Source: a virus (taxonomy: Duplodnaviria > Heunggongvirae > Uroviricota > Caudoviricetes). From it: 64,000 bases of DNA. Positions 1-10,103 of the stretch are shown here, one piece after another. A program made the position numbers and the translations under genes. The notes under the pieces are model-generated. The model made no database searches. It was not told the origin of the DNA and worked only from the letters and a program-made list of their open reading frames with translations. Each line of letters begins with the position of its first letter. The first letter of the stretch is position 1. The stretch is from positions 1 to 64,000 of IMG/VR virus record IMGVR_UViG_3300033405_000002; one strand, 5' to 3'.

Positions 1-42
1 TCAATACGGGAGCAGAACTGAGAGAAGGACTCGAAGCTGCCC

Positions 43-381
43 TTAATTGGTTGGTTGCTCAAGGATCGTCCCCTTCGTGATGTCGTCAACAATCGCGTCT
101 AAGCGATTCACGGCGATCTCTTCTTTGATGATTTCGAGCGCAACCTTGAACGCGGCGGCGTACACCTTGTTGGCTTCTTCAGCGGTCTTGCGTTCTAAGC
201 CTTCCGGCAGTGGGAGAGATTGCCAGTTTGGAGGGGTCACTTTCTGAATAGCGTCTATCCAGCATTTAGCTTCCTTGCGCATCCCGGCGCTAAAGCCTTG
301 GACGTACAGGCGTATCCCTAACTGAACTGTGACAAACGCTATGAAGATGGAAATCCCAAACCACACTAGTCCGTTAACCAT
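43..381 (-). CDS. hypothetical protein with N-terminal transmembrane helix
   Basis: ORF overlaps the 3' end of the helicase gene; hydrophobic N-terminus. Confidence 0.6.
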   Translation of the reverse strand: MVNGLVWFGISIFIAFVTVQLGIRLYVQGFSAGMRKEAKCWIDAIQKVTPPNWQSLPLPEGLERKTAEEANKVYAAAFKVALEIIKEEIAVNRLDAIVDDITKGTILEQPTN

Positions 382-2348
382 GACATGTCATCCTCACTGA
401 TCTTTTTCTTTTTCCTTGGTTTCGACTCCCGCTCGAACACCATCTTATATTCTACATCCTTTTGTGCCGCAACTGCTTGATCGCCCTTCAGGAAGACTCT
501 CATGCCAACCTTTTTGACATAGGCGCGAAGCAAGGCTTTGAACTCATCTTCACTCCCGGCGACTTCCATACCTGCTTGAAGATCGAAGCTATCACCTGAG
601 TCCAATATACCAGCAGAGTGTGAGTTTCCCAAAATCGCTTCAAACACACCCTTCTTTCCACGCAAGGTTTCGATGGCGTATTCATCAATGGTTCCTTTGG
701 CGACCATGACATGTAACGTGCAAGCGCTGTGTGGGGATGCCATGCGCACCATTCGGCCTACAAGCTGAATCAGATTTCCCCATGACCACGGTACGTCCAA
801 CAGGATCATGTGTGCTGCTTGTTGCAGGTTGATGCCTTCCATACCTGCTTCGTTCACCACAATCAGATCGTAACCAGAGTCCGGCGACTGGAACAACCGC
901 TTGTTTTCGTTGCGCTGCTTTTCAGACTCATTCCCGGTAATTCGCAGGAACTTGCGCTCAGTGAAATGCCCGTTCTTCGTCAGCCATTCCAGACGGTCAA
1001 TCCACGAGCGATACTTGGTGTACACAACCAGCTTCTCGCCGCGATACTCACCGTCCAGCATATCCAACAAGGCTTCTTCTTTTGGTGACAACTTCGTGGT
1101 CAGGAAAGTCTCTTCATTGTTCCGGTCAAGCAGGGCCCAATGGTTCGCCACAAGCTGGTTGACGGAAAGCTGTGTCATCTCGTTGTCAGCGTCCCGATCT
1201 TTGGAGAAGATTTCCCCAGCGACCTTGAACAGAATTGGCGGCAGTTCGATCAAGCCCAACGGCAGATCGTGAATGATCTTAACCTGCTTCTCGTCCAGAT
1301 CAATCGGGTGATAAAGCGTGGTGAGCTTTGGCAAAGGTTCATTGACTTGACGCTGAGAGCGTCCAAGAAAGAACGGACGAAGCTGCTCTTTGAAGAACGC
1401 CACGTTCTTATAACCACTGATGATTCTGATCTTGCGGCCCCCGCCGATGTGCTGTTCGCGCCATAGACAGTATTCTTCGCGGAACTCTGACATGCTACCC
1501 AACGGGCGGACACCAATAGCGTGAGAGATTGAGTAAAACTCTTCCAAACCGTTCTTGATCGCGGTTGCCGTGAGTGCCCATACGCGCTCTGGATAACGGC
1601 AGATGTGCATGATAAGCTGGCGCGTCTGTGTGCCTGTGGTCTTAAACTTGTGGCACTCGTCCAGTGTTAGGATGATCTTGTCCTTGTGCTCTTTGAAAAT
1701 TTTGCTGAAGTTGATGACTTCTTCAGACTTCTCTTCTCGCTTCCCGTCTACGATCCTGCGCTTACCTTTGAGCGAGTCATACTTTGCCACGAGAATGTCG
1801 TGATCGTCATTCTCAAGGAAATCAATCATCTGCGCGTAACGGGCATTTGACGATTTCATACCTTTGAACGTGTCGGTCATCACGCGAGGGCGTAACGTTG
1901 TATACTTGCGGCACTCGTCCGCCCACTGGTACGTGGTGGACTTGGTGGTGATGACAATCATCTTGACGGCTGGGTTGCGGTGCTTAAGCCAAGCGAAGGA
2001 TACCAGCGCGTCCAGTGTCTTCCCAAGGCCCACGGCGTCACCAAGAATGAAGCGTGGCATACGAACCAGATGGTGAATTGCCTGCTTTTGAAATTCCTTG
2101 ATGACCAACGCTTCGTCCGTGAGACGTTCTTCTACGACGTCGTACAGGAATGTGCGAACGTTATCTGGGATGGAGAAGGGGATCGGGTTGGTTGCGGCGT
2201 CAACAGGCCACTTGCGAATTACGAACAGCTTCTCAAGTAACCCCCCGCTGAGGGCGGCGAATGGACGCTCGGCAGTCTTGTAGACATCGCTCGTCGCATA
2301 CGCCGTCAACAGCGGGCACTGGAGAAATTCTTCGGTTTGGTCAGGCAC
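366..2348 (-). CDS. SNF2-family (SF2) helicase/ATPase
   Basis: Motif I GDAVGLGKT, motif II LDECH, LTATA, EGINLQ, QLVGRMVR, TIDE. Confidence 0.92.
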   Translation of the reverse strand: MPDQTEEFLQCPLLTAYATSDVYKTAERPFAALSGGLLEKLFVIRKWPVDAATNPIPFSIPDNVRTFLYDVVEERLTDEALVIKEFQKQAIHHLVRMPRFILGDAVGLGKTLDALVSFAWLKHRNPAVKMIVITTKSTTYQWADECRKYTTLRPRVMTDTFKGMKSSNARYAQMIDFLENDDHDILVAKYDSLKGKRRIVDGKREEKSEEVINFSKIFKEHKDKIILTLDECHKFKTTGTQTRQLIMHICRYPERVWALTATAIKNGLEEFYSISHAIGVRPLGSMSEFREEYCLWREQHIGGGRKIRIISGYKNVAFFKEQLRPFFLGRSQRQVNEPLPKLTTLYHPIDLDEKQVKIIHDLPLGLIELPPILFKVAGEIFSKDRDADNEMTQLSVNQLVANHWALLDRNNEETFLTTKLSPKEEALLDMLDGEYRGEKLVVYTKYRSWIDRLEWLTKNGHFTERKFLRITGNESEKQRNENKRLFQSPDSGYDLIVVNEAGMEGINLQQAAHMILLDVPWSWGNLIQLVGRMVRMASPHSACTLHVMVAKGTIDEYAIETLRGKKGVFEAILGNSHSAGILDSGDSFDLQAGMEVAGSEDEFKALLRAYVKKVGMRVFLKGDQAVAAQKDVEYKMVFERESKPRKKKKISEDDMSWLTD

Positions 2349-2367
2349 TTAGTTTAATACTGGCTTC

Positions 2368-2562
2368 TCATCCACGAATGCTTACCTCCACCACTCGGTG
2401 ACTCGCCTGAAATGACCCCTTCGGGTCTTTGAACTTGATCCTACCGCCGTCCTCCATGACGAACACGGCCGATTTGGCTTTGGACGCTTCATCGAATGTA
2501 ACTTCCATGGAGCCATCATAGTTGCGAACAACCTTGGCGATTTCTGTGAGTTTGGGTCTCAT
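2368..2562 (-). CDS. hypothetical protein
   Basis: Small ORF tiled between neighbours on the coding strand. Confidence 0.55.
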   Translation of the reverse strand: MRPKLTEIAKVVRNYDGSMEVTFDEASKAKSAVFVMEDGGRIKFKDPKGSFQASHRVVEVSIRG

Positions 2563-2563
2563 G

Positions 2564-3454
2564 TTATTCCTCGCTCACTCGCTTCTTGGTGTCAACGAAG
2601 TTATTCAACTCCCTGCGAAACTCTTTCTTAATCAGGCTCTTCACGGCCTCGCGCTGTTCACGATCCGCGATTGGGGAAGCGTCCATGATGGTTAACACGC
2701 GTCCTTGCAGTGATTTGATCCGGTCTGCGATGTACCAGTTCATGTGATCTTTGACTGGCTGCACGTAGAGCGTGACAGGCGGATCAGCGTATTCGAGTTG
2801 TGTCAGCTTCGTGTCCTTACGAGCCGCCACATTCGCCGCTTCGGTGAATGTCTTCTTCACGTCATCTTCAACCTTAAGCTCAGCTTCAAGCGCGGATAGG
2901 GCGGCTTCTGGTTCAGGTGTCGTGACTTCTTCGATGAGTTCGGCGTCTTCTTCGCTCATAGCTTGCTGCGGGGCTTCCGCCAAAGCGGAGTCGAGATCGG
3001 CACATGTCGCGGTTGGGTCGTCCGCAAAATACTCATCTTCTTCTTTTTCGCTGGGAAGCGTCAGCGCCGGGGCCACAATTTCTTGTGCCGTTTGGATCGC
3101 CGTGTGCAGCGCGGCGGCGGGCAGCCCTTCCTGAATTGGGAACTCGCGAATGCCTTTGGTCATGTAGATTCTTTCCGGCGTTACGGTGACCGATACGGCA
3201 TCGTTTTGGCTCCAAATACGATAAATTGGGGCGTCGATGTCTTTGTCATTGACTGGCTTCCACTGCGGGAGCCGGGGAGACAAGTGAAGATCGTCGATCA
3301 GGTCTGCCATGACGGAGGATCGAACGCCAGCCGGACCAAGCTGCTGCAAGGCGGTTGCCGACGAGCAGATCATGCTGGACAAGTGGTGGTACGTTGGTTT
3401 TGCGTAAAAGGGGGATTTTGGATGCGCTGCGAGAGCATCTGACTCTGGTGCCAT
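2564..3454 (-). CDS. hypothetical protein with acidic central region
   Basis: 296-aa ORF, GAGG RBS upstream. Confidence 0.75.
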   Translation of the reverse strand: MAPESDALAAHPKSPFYAKPTYHHLSSMICSSATALQQLGPAGVRSSVMADLIDDLHLSPRLPQWKPVNDKDIDAPIYRIWSQNDAVSVTVTPERIYMTKGIREFPIQEGLPAAALHTAIQTAQEIVAPALTLPSEKEEDEYFADDPTATCADLDSALAEAPQQAMSEEDAELIEEVTTPEPEAALSALEAELKVEDDVKKTFTEAANVAARKDTKLTQLEYADPPVTLYVQPVKDHMNWYIADRIKSLQGRVLTIMDASPIADREQREAVKSLIKKEFRRELNNFVDTKKRVSEE

Positions 3455-3538
3455 AGAAACCTCACTGTACTTGACTTTGGATTGAACTACACTAGGGCAT
3501 ACAGCCCACTATCTAGTACCTGATAGTTGAAAAATTCC

Positions 3539-5318
3539 CTATTTCAACTCGCCGGACGTAAGGTAGAGTTTGCGGAGTTCGTGAATCATCCAAAGCGGAG
3601 GATCGTGCATTTCCATGGAAAGGCCGTAACAAGAATAGATCAGTAAGCGTGCAGGGCCGGGGGTGACAATGGCGTAGCGGAAAAAGGTCTCTTGCGTGCA
3701 GGCGGCTTCCATGTCGAGAATGAAGTCAATGTCATCGTACACGTCCCAGATTCGGGCCAAAGGGAACGCGGCGGACAACATTTGACGGGTGCCTGCCCGT
3801 TCAATCTCAGTCGCGAATATGAGCCGTTCGTACATGACCCCTCAAGAGAGGGATTGGAATTTAATTGGTTGAGCGCGGCGGGATCAATTCAGCAATGTTG
3901 TTGGCGATTCTTTCATCCAGCGCACCGTGTTTACTAACAAACGCAGTCGCGGCAGTTTTGAATAGGTCTTTGTTCTTGTGATGTGAACGATCACAAGTTT
4001 CCATGCAGATGATACAAGTGACAGAGATAGGGTTGAGTTTCAGGATGAACAAATGACCGTCAACATCAGAGCGGTATACTCCGGCTTCAACCACGCTTGA
4101 CAGGTCTCCGAGGCTTCACTGGTGCCATGCTCTTGCGTGCGTTACTTTGAATTTCACCAAGGATTCGCTTGAGGCGAATGTTGCCGATCTCGGTCAGGCA
4201 CAAATCGCCCCATTCTGTATCTCTGATCCCCGGTTCGTCCTGATCGAACAACACGGCCTCGATGCGTTCGATGTAAGTGTCGAGTGTAGGCTTCATTGTG
4301 GCTGGGGATAATTCGTTCCTGTGCCGTAGCCAAACGCGGCTGCGCGAGCATCGCTGTCGCGACCTTGCTGGCGCTTGCGATCCAGAACCTTCTTGTGCTG
4401 ACGACGTGCATTGGTTGCCATGCGACGAAGTTCAGTCCCGGCTTCCGCCAAGCCGGATGCGAAATCACCGGACTGCGACGTTTCCTTTGACATCTGCTTG
4501 ATGTGGTTGGCCGCCTCCAGCAGAATCTTCGCTCTTTGGTCGTGATAATCGGGATCGTTCTTGTGGCTCATTGTGCGCCTCCGCAGTGCGTGCAAACTTC
4601 TTTTGCCTTCTGTCTCTTCAGCTTCTTCAGCCGTTTGACTTCTTTCTGAAGGGCATCAACACCTTGCATTTGACCGGAATAATCGCCGTCGCAACCACCG
4701 TTCATCATGCAGTTGTCGGCGGCTCGGTTGAAATCAAGTTCGGCAAGTTGGATGGCTCGCTCAATCGGAACGGTGTCCGGGCGTGGGTAAGCAAGGTAGA
4801 CGGCCCAATCCTTCATACCTTTATGATACTGCGTTTTTAGCGGAGATTCAATGCTTCTTCAACGAGCGGAACAACGCGGTCAGTCAGGTGGTCAAAACCA
4901 CGAGAGCGAAGGACACATGCCCAAGCAGTAACGCACAGGGGAAATCCGTCTTTTTCAAACCAGTGCTCGGAGTCCTGAATCCAAGCGGTTACGATCTCGT
5001 CCCGAACAGGTGTAACGGCGGTGCGCAGGAGCGCCAGCGCGGATTGCCTTACAGCCGGATTGGTTTCCCAAACGAGTGTCATATCAGCACCAGTTCGCGT
5101 TGCTTGCATGGATCGCCGATGAAACAAGAGCCGCTTTCTTGCGGACGCTGCTCAATCGTGGCGTGCTTATGGGGTGGGGGAGGGAGATGGGGCACCGGGG
5201 GCTGCGGTGTGGACGCGTCCAACACAGAGACCTGATAATCAATGACGGCTTCGCCGATGCGCAGCGTAGCGAAGATAAACGCCAAACTCAGGAAGACAAT
5301 TGCCAATGGCTTTGTCAT
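3539..5318 (-). other. run of small hypothetical phage genes (3539-3835, 3861-4094, 4087-4296, 4293-4571, 4568-4816, 4837-5082, 5079-5318)
   Basis: Tiled minus-strand ORFs, several with ATGA overlaps; 5079-5318 has a TM helix and a Pro-rich segment. Confidence 0.6.
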
Positions 5319-5325
5319 TGTTCCC

Positions 5326-5514
5326 CTAGTATTCAGGTTCAAAATCGTCGCCTTCGTCCTGTCTGCGACGGCGCGGACGCACATGCCCACGGTCATCGAC
5401 ATCCAGTTCTTCGAGCGTTTCGTCTTCCTCTTCGATTTCGCTGTACTCTTCGTCAGCGTCTTCGTCGAGTTCTTTTTCCCGTTCGTCTTCTAGTTCATCA
5501 TCGTCCAAGAACAT
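5326..5514 (-). CDS. small, highly acidic protein
   Basis: About half Asp/Glu residues, RRRR patch, GAGG RBS. Confidence 0.65.
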   Translation of the reverse strand: MFLDDDELEDEREKELDEDADEEYSEIEEEDETLEELDVDDRGHVRPRRRRQDEGDDFEPEY

Positions 5515-5522
5515 GACTACCT

Positions 5523-5819
5523 CTAACCAATGACTTTGGTAGACATAAATACTGGACTTTCGGCAACTAGCGTTCCGGCATTTTCGCGTCCGTTCCAGCC
5601 AAGGTCTCGTGCCATAGCAATCATACGTTTGTAGGAAACCTTGCCAGCGGTGTGTCCCGGCACGAAGATCATAGCTCGTAGATCACGGATCGCAACCTTC
5701 TTGCGCTTCCCGTTCCAGCCAAGCCAGCCTTCAATCTGCCAGTAGCAGAGGTAATTGCAGACTTCGCCGGGATCGTCCGTCGCCTTCGTGCTGCCACAAA
5801 TTTTGCAAACACATTTCAT
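5523..5819 (-). CDS. hypothetical Cys-rich protein
   Basis: CxCxxC...CxxxC N-terminus. Confidence 0.55.
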   Translation of the reverse strand: MKCVCKICGSTKATDDPGEVCNYLCYWQIEGWLGWNGKRKKVAIRDLRAMIFVPGHTAGKVSYKRMIAMARDLGWNGRENAGTLVAESPVFMSTKVIG

Positions 5820-5826
5820 AAACTTG

Positions 5827-5974
5827 ATGGCGGGCTGCCAGTCTGACTTCCCCGGCTGTCCTACTGGTGGTGCCAGTGCTTGTCGCTAAGCCCTCCCTGC
5901 TGCTACAAGGCGCTACGCTGGGCCGCTCGGTTTCGGATTTCCCGCCATAAGGCGTGCCCAATAGCGAGGCACGC
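5827..5974 (-). ncRNA. candidate structured non-coding element
   Basis: Intergenic; closing stem ATGGCGGG/CCCGCCAT encloses several hairpins; separate GCGTGCC/GGCACGC hairpin. Confidence 0.35.
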
Positions 5975-5991
5975 TTCCTTCTCTCCCCGCG

Positions 5992-7371
5992 CTACTCAAC
6001 GGGATTATTATTGAGAACCTGCATGATCTTGGCTACGTCGTTCTTCACGTCCACTGCACTCTTGCTCCCGGCGTTGTAGCCATCCAGTGCGGCTTGCAGC
6101 TTGCCCAGAATGAAATTGTAACGCCCGCGATGACGCATTGTAAAGTTCAAGCTGTCCGCGATCTGCCGGAAAAATTCACATCGGTCTTCGCTTGCATACA
6201 CGGTGTCAGCGATCACCGGGGGCCACTCAATACCTTCCATATAAATTGCCTGACCGTCAGCCACAAATCGAAGGGGCTTCTTTCCCTGTTGCACTTCGGC
6301 TGGCGGCACCACTGCTTTCTTTGCTCCGAATCCAAACATAAACTCTCCTATTGCTCTTGAAGCCACGTTGGATGAACCATCAACAGGCTCGAAATAGCGT
6401 CAGCAGCGTCTTGCAAGCCAAGCTGGTTCGCTACTTGCATCAATTCGCGCAACTGGTCTTCGGTGCTGCCTTGATGCTGCGCCTTGCGCTCACCGAGAGC
6501 CATAGCAATAAGACGTGCCACGGCGTTGAAGTTCGGCGTGAAGTCCACGTCAGCGGCGTTCTGGATCGCGTTCGTGAGCGCGATAGCGCGGCTCCCGGCT
6601 GCGGCTGCGGAGTCATCCACCAGTTCGGCGCTAACACGTTGCAGGTCAGCGTCAATGAAACGAATGGGGTTCTCCCCGGTTTGGTCACACCGCATGATCT
6701 TGCTGCGGAGCGCCTGAATCAGATCGAGTGCGCGGCGTTGGCTCACTTTGCACCATCCACTTCCATCAGAAATTGAATTGCTGCCTTCACCGCTGGATCA
6801 ACGTTCACGGCGCGGTTAACGTTCGTCATCAGAATCCAGCGCTTCGCAAAAGCGTAAATCTGCTGGCGGCTCCCGGCCCCGGCTTGGTAGACGAAATCCG
6901 CCCACTTAAGCGGCTCGGTCAAAATGTCATGCGGATTATTCGGCACGTTGAAATACATGTGGTTCATTGTGCGTAGCTCCCAAGTTCAACGGACATCGGG
7001 AACTCGTCGAATTCACCGTGCTGCGCCATGCGGCTGATCTCGATGGCTTCCAGAGCGTTCAAGTCGATGGCGTCCTGCTCACACTGTGCGGAACAAAACG
7101 CATGGGGATTCTTCTTGGCGAACTCAGGCAGGTGCTTGGGGAAATTCCCGCTCAGAGTCCGTGCTTCGCAGGACTCCAGATATTCGCCATTCGGCGATTG
7201 CATATCGTAGGGATCGAAAAACACATGGCAGGAATGGCAAGCTGGCTTCTCATCTTCGCCAACAACGAATACTGGCTGCTCGTTCCACTCCGCACTGGCG
7301 CGAAGCTCACGGATGCCTTCGGCACGCTCGGCTTCCAGATATTGCGTCTCTTGCTGGTATTCGTTTCCCAT
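5992..7371 (-). other. early-type operon of hypothetical genes (5992-6366, 6348-6746, 6743-6967, 6964-7371)
   Basis: Tiled ORFs downstream of the promoter at 7378-7407; 6964-7371 is acidic with CxxC motifs. Confidence 0.65.
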
Positions 7372-7377
7372 GTTCAT

Positions 7378-7436
7378 AGTATACGGGAAAACGAGCACTT
7401 TTGGCTAGAAGTAAGTGCTTAATAATCAGTCGTTTA
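7378..7436 (-). promoter_or_regulatory. class A promoter (TAGCCA-N18-TATACT) with upstream IHF-like sites
   Basis: One of six copies of CCGTATACTA with identical 18-nt spacing. Confidence 0.7.
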
Positions 7437-7629
7437 GGTAGCCTTTTCCGCCACAACCCTTGCAAAGCTGACCGTGAAACTCCCCGGTGCCGTCGCAGAG
7501 TTTACAGATTCCGTCATCTGGGCCGGAACCGAAGTCTTCCCCGAAGCCGTCGCGAGGCGGCGCGGGGCGTTCATCTCGCGGTGCGCATGACTTTGGAAAA
7601 CGGGCGGACTCGCCCCAGTCTTTCGGCAT
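7426..7629 (-). CDS. small protein with DnaJ-type zinc-finger repeats
   Basis: CKLCDGTG and CKGCGGKG (CxxCxGxG). Confidence 0.65.
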   Translation of the reverse strand: MPKDWGESARFPKSCAPRDERPAPPRDGFGEDFGSGPDDGICKLCDGTGEFHGQLCKGCGGKGYLND

Positions 7630-7916
7630 TATCGCTGCGTCCGTTCCTCGAAAATTTCATCAATCAAGTCGCGCAAGAAGGGCCGACCGAAAGTTTCGAT
7701 GAATGCCAACACTTCACGTCCCTTGTCAGTTAAGAGCACGCCCTTGCCTTCGCACGCTGGGCACTGCAACGGTATACCATCAAGCCGCTCCAGTTCCGCG
7801 TAAGTGCCGTCCGTCTTCTCCGGCGTCATGCGATACAGGTGTCCGTCTTGGCAAAAGACACCAGCGCCACGATAGAAACACTTTGAGACTAGGCTGTCAG
7901 ATGAAAAGGTGTTCAT
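7629..7916 (-). CDS. hypothetical protein with one CxxCxGxG motif
   Basis: CPACEGKG; start codon uncertain. Confidence 0.55.
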   Translation of the reverse strand: MNTFSSDSLVSKCFYRGAGVFCQDGHLYRMTPEKTDGTYAELERLDGIPLQCPACEGKGVLLTDKGREVLAFIETFGRPFLRDLIDEIFEERTQR

Positions 7917-8093
7917 CGGGATATTGCTCCCGTTCGGTGGGCTTGTGCTCTTTCGGTTCGTGATTGCGACATGCAAAAGTGAGAAGACCGATGGGAACGC
8001 CAATGAGCGCCAACGCCAAAACTGCGGCCGCTGCTGGCTCCCAATCCATACATCTCCCCGATTCCTACTATAACAGGAAACGGAAATTTGGAA

Positions 8094-8318
8094 TCACTTT
8101 TCATTACTTTTTTCGACTTTGAATCCGAAGTCAACCACTTCCGTCTTCGTGCCTTCATAAGCACCGGGCCACGCTTCTTCAGCGATCCCGATCAACTCAG
8201 AAAGCACCAGAACGCCTGCGGCACAGGTTAGCAAGGTGTCATCGTAGGCGATCAGCAAAAGATAGCCGATGATGCGGAAAACGCTTTTTACGTAGCTGAG
8301 TTTGGTGTGGAGTGTCAT
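8094..8318 (-). CDS. small two-TM membrane protein
   Basis: Two hydrophobic helices; ATGA overlap. Confidence 0.6.
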   Translation of the reverse strand: MTLHTKLSYVKSVFRIIGYLLLIAYDDTLLTCAAGVLVLSELIGIAEEAWPGAYEGTKTEVVDFGFKVEKSNEK

Positions 8319-8617
8319 GCTTCAATTCCTCGTTCAACAACTTGGTCGTTGACGTAGCCGGGGGTGTCAATCACGCGGCGGGTCTCTTTCGTCTTCAGAC
8401 CTTTTGCGGCGGCGGCTTTACGAATTTCCGTCAGCTTCCGTTTCATACGCTGCAAGCAAGGCTCAGCGGCGCTCTTGGTTTTGTGGTCATGCCCGCACTC
8501 GCCGAACTTGGTGCTCAGCACGGTGTAATAGGGGCCAATGGTTTTAAGAAACCGACCTGTCGATTTCTCGTAAATCTCGCTGTACATCGTTGCGACGTGC
8601 GGGGCCATGTATCTCAT
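8315..8617 (-). CDS. hypothetical basic protein
   Basis: ATGA overlaps at both ends. Confidence 0.6.
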   Translation of the reverse strand: MRYMAPHVATMYSEIYEKSTGRFLKTIGPYYTVLSTKFGECGHDHKTKSAAEPCLQRMKRKLTEIRKAAAAKGLKTKETRRVIDTPGYVNDQVVERGIEA

Positions 8618-9309
8618 ACCGTCGTATTATACTCCTGCAAAACGAGTTTGCGGTTCTCAACACGGCGATAAACCGTTAGGCCGCAGTTTTTCACGTCATC
8701 TTCCTTATCCACCTGAAGGTATGCGTCTTCTTCCCAGCGCTCCAGCAGACTGCGGAAAGCCAGTACGACGACGCTATGGCAAACGATCAGAACGCGGGAA
8801 CCCACGTAGTCGCGGTTCAGCGTATCGAGCACGCTGTGAACGCGCAAACGCACGTCAGGACGGTTCTCGCCGCCGGGTGGACGGTAGTAATACTTGCCGT
8901 CTCGTTCACGCCGATCCGCTTCAGACGGGAAAAGTTCGCGGAATCGCTTGCGGTCGATGCCGTCCATGATGCCAAACTCGATCTCGCGGACGCGTTCTTC
9001 AATCACATGGTTCGGCTTGTAACCAAGTCCTTCGATGATTGCACCCGTGGTTTGCTTGGTGCGCACGTATGGCGAGCAGATGATGTAGTCCAGTGGCTTG
9101 ATAAGGCGGTGGTAACGCCGTGACAATTCTTCACCGACCGCAAGTGCTTGTTGCCTACCCAACGCGGTTAATGGGGAATCCTGATCCCGGAGCACGCCAG
9201 TCCATGACGGTTCCAGACCGTGTGCCTTTGCCGCTTCTTTGCGGACGTTCGCCTCAGACTGTCCGTGGCGAACCAGAAGAAGCTCTTCGGGCCACTTTTC
9301 AATCATCAT
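8614..9309 (-). CDS. histidine phosphatase (phosphoglycerate mutase superfamily)
   Basis: VRHGQS, SPYVRT, REIEFG, PGGE, VCHS motifs; start approximate. Confidence 0.9.
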   Translation of the reverse strand: MMIEKWPEELLLVRHGQSEANVRKEAAKAHGLEPSWTGVLRDQDSPLTALGRQQALAVGEELSRRYHRLIKPLDYIICSPYVRTKQTTGAIIEGLGYKPNHVIEERVREIEFGIMDGIDRKRFRELFPSEADRRERDGKYYYRPPGGENRPDVRLRVHSVLDTLNRDYVGSRVLIVCHSVVVLAFRSLLERWEEDAYLQVDKEDDVKNCGLTVYRRVENRKLVLQEYNTTV

Positions 9310-9565
9310 CCCAATCATTTTTTGACCCATGAATCTCTTCCATCCGTTCAATGAATTTGCTGCCGTAATGCCACACGGCGTAGCCAAAAACTGCGACTCC
9401 TAAAGCACCAGCCCAAGCAGAATTAGGCGGTGAATCATCAAAGAGTCCGTTTACAAAAGTGAGAAACGCGACTGCGGTGCCAAGGATGAACACCATCATC
9501 AGCAAGGCGTACCACGCGGTCAAAAACGCCTTGAGAACTTCTTTCATTTCCCGATTATACCGCAA
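9299..9565 (-). CDS. two-TM membrane protein
   Basis: Two hydrophobic segments. Confidence 0.6.
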   Translation of the reverse strand: MRYNREMKEVLKAFLTAWYALLMMVFILGTAVAFLTFVNGLFDDSPPNSAWAGALGVAVFGYAVWHYGSKFIERMEEIHGSKNDWDDD

Positions 9566-10103
9566 TCGGGAACATCAGTGCGACCTCTTTCTCCATGTCC
9601 GCGCCGCGCATGTAGGCTGAGATGAGATACGAGATGGGATAGTCCAACTTGTGACCGTTCGCCAGCCACGGAACGTCATAAGCCATCGGCTGAAGTTCGG
9701 GCCAGTTGCAGCGACCCTTAATGTGCGGATACTCGCTGGAATAGAGCGCAACACGGCTGTAGGTGTGTTGGCAATACGTCGCGGAGATGCTGCCTTCCTT
9801 CGTCGGGGAGTTGATGGCGAACACGGATAGTCGAAGCGCCGGGAAACGGCTCTGGATGGCGCAGGCGATCAGACCGCCGCGCTCGAAGCCCACCAGTAGA
9901 GAGTTCGGTTGGATGCGCCGGACGTACTGATTGGCAACCCACTCCACCGCATCTTCGATCATGGCGTCTGGGATAAACGGACGTGCATAGCTCAGCTTAG
10001 GGTAAGCCGCGCTCAGGATGCCGTGTAAACGCGCTACAGCGCCGTCTGGCGTGTCTTCCCTGCCGTGGAGCAGTATGATCTGGGGAAACATGGGGGCGTT
10101 CAT
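9555..10103 (-). CDS. alpha/beta-hydrolase-fold protein (YqiA/YcfP-like), degenerate nucleophile
   Basis: IILLHG, LLVGFERGG (in place of GxSxGG), AINSP. Confidence 0.6.
   Translation of the reverse strand: MNAPMFPQIILLHGREDTPDGAVARLHGILSAAYPKLSYARPFIPDAMIEDAVEWVANQYVRRIQPNSLLVGFERGGLIACAIQSRFPALRLSVFAINSPTKEGSISATYCQHTYSRVALYSSEYPHIKGRCNWPELQPMAYDVPWLANGHKLDYPISYLISAYMRGADMEKEVALMFPIAV

Noticed and set aside
5827-5948. Cobalamin riboswitch
   Set aside because: Only fragments (AAATCC, GCACTG, GGGAAG) resemble the motif; order and B12 box are not convincing and no B12 gene follows. Kept only as an unknown structure
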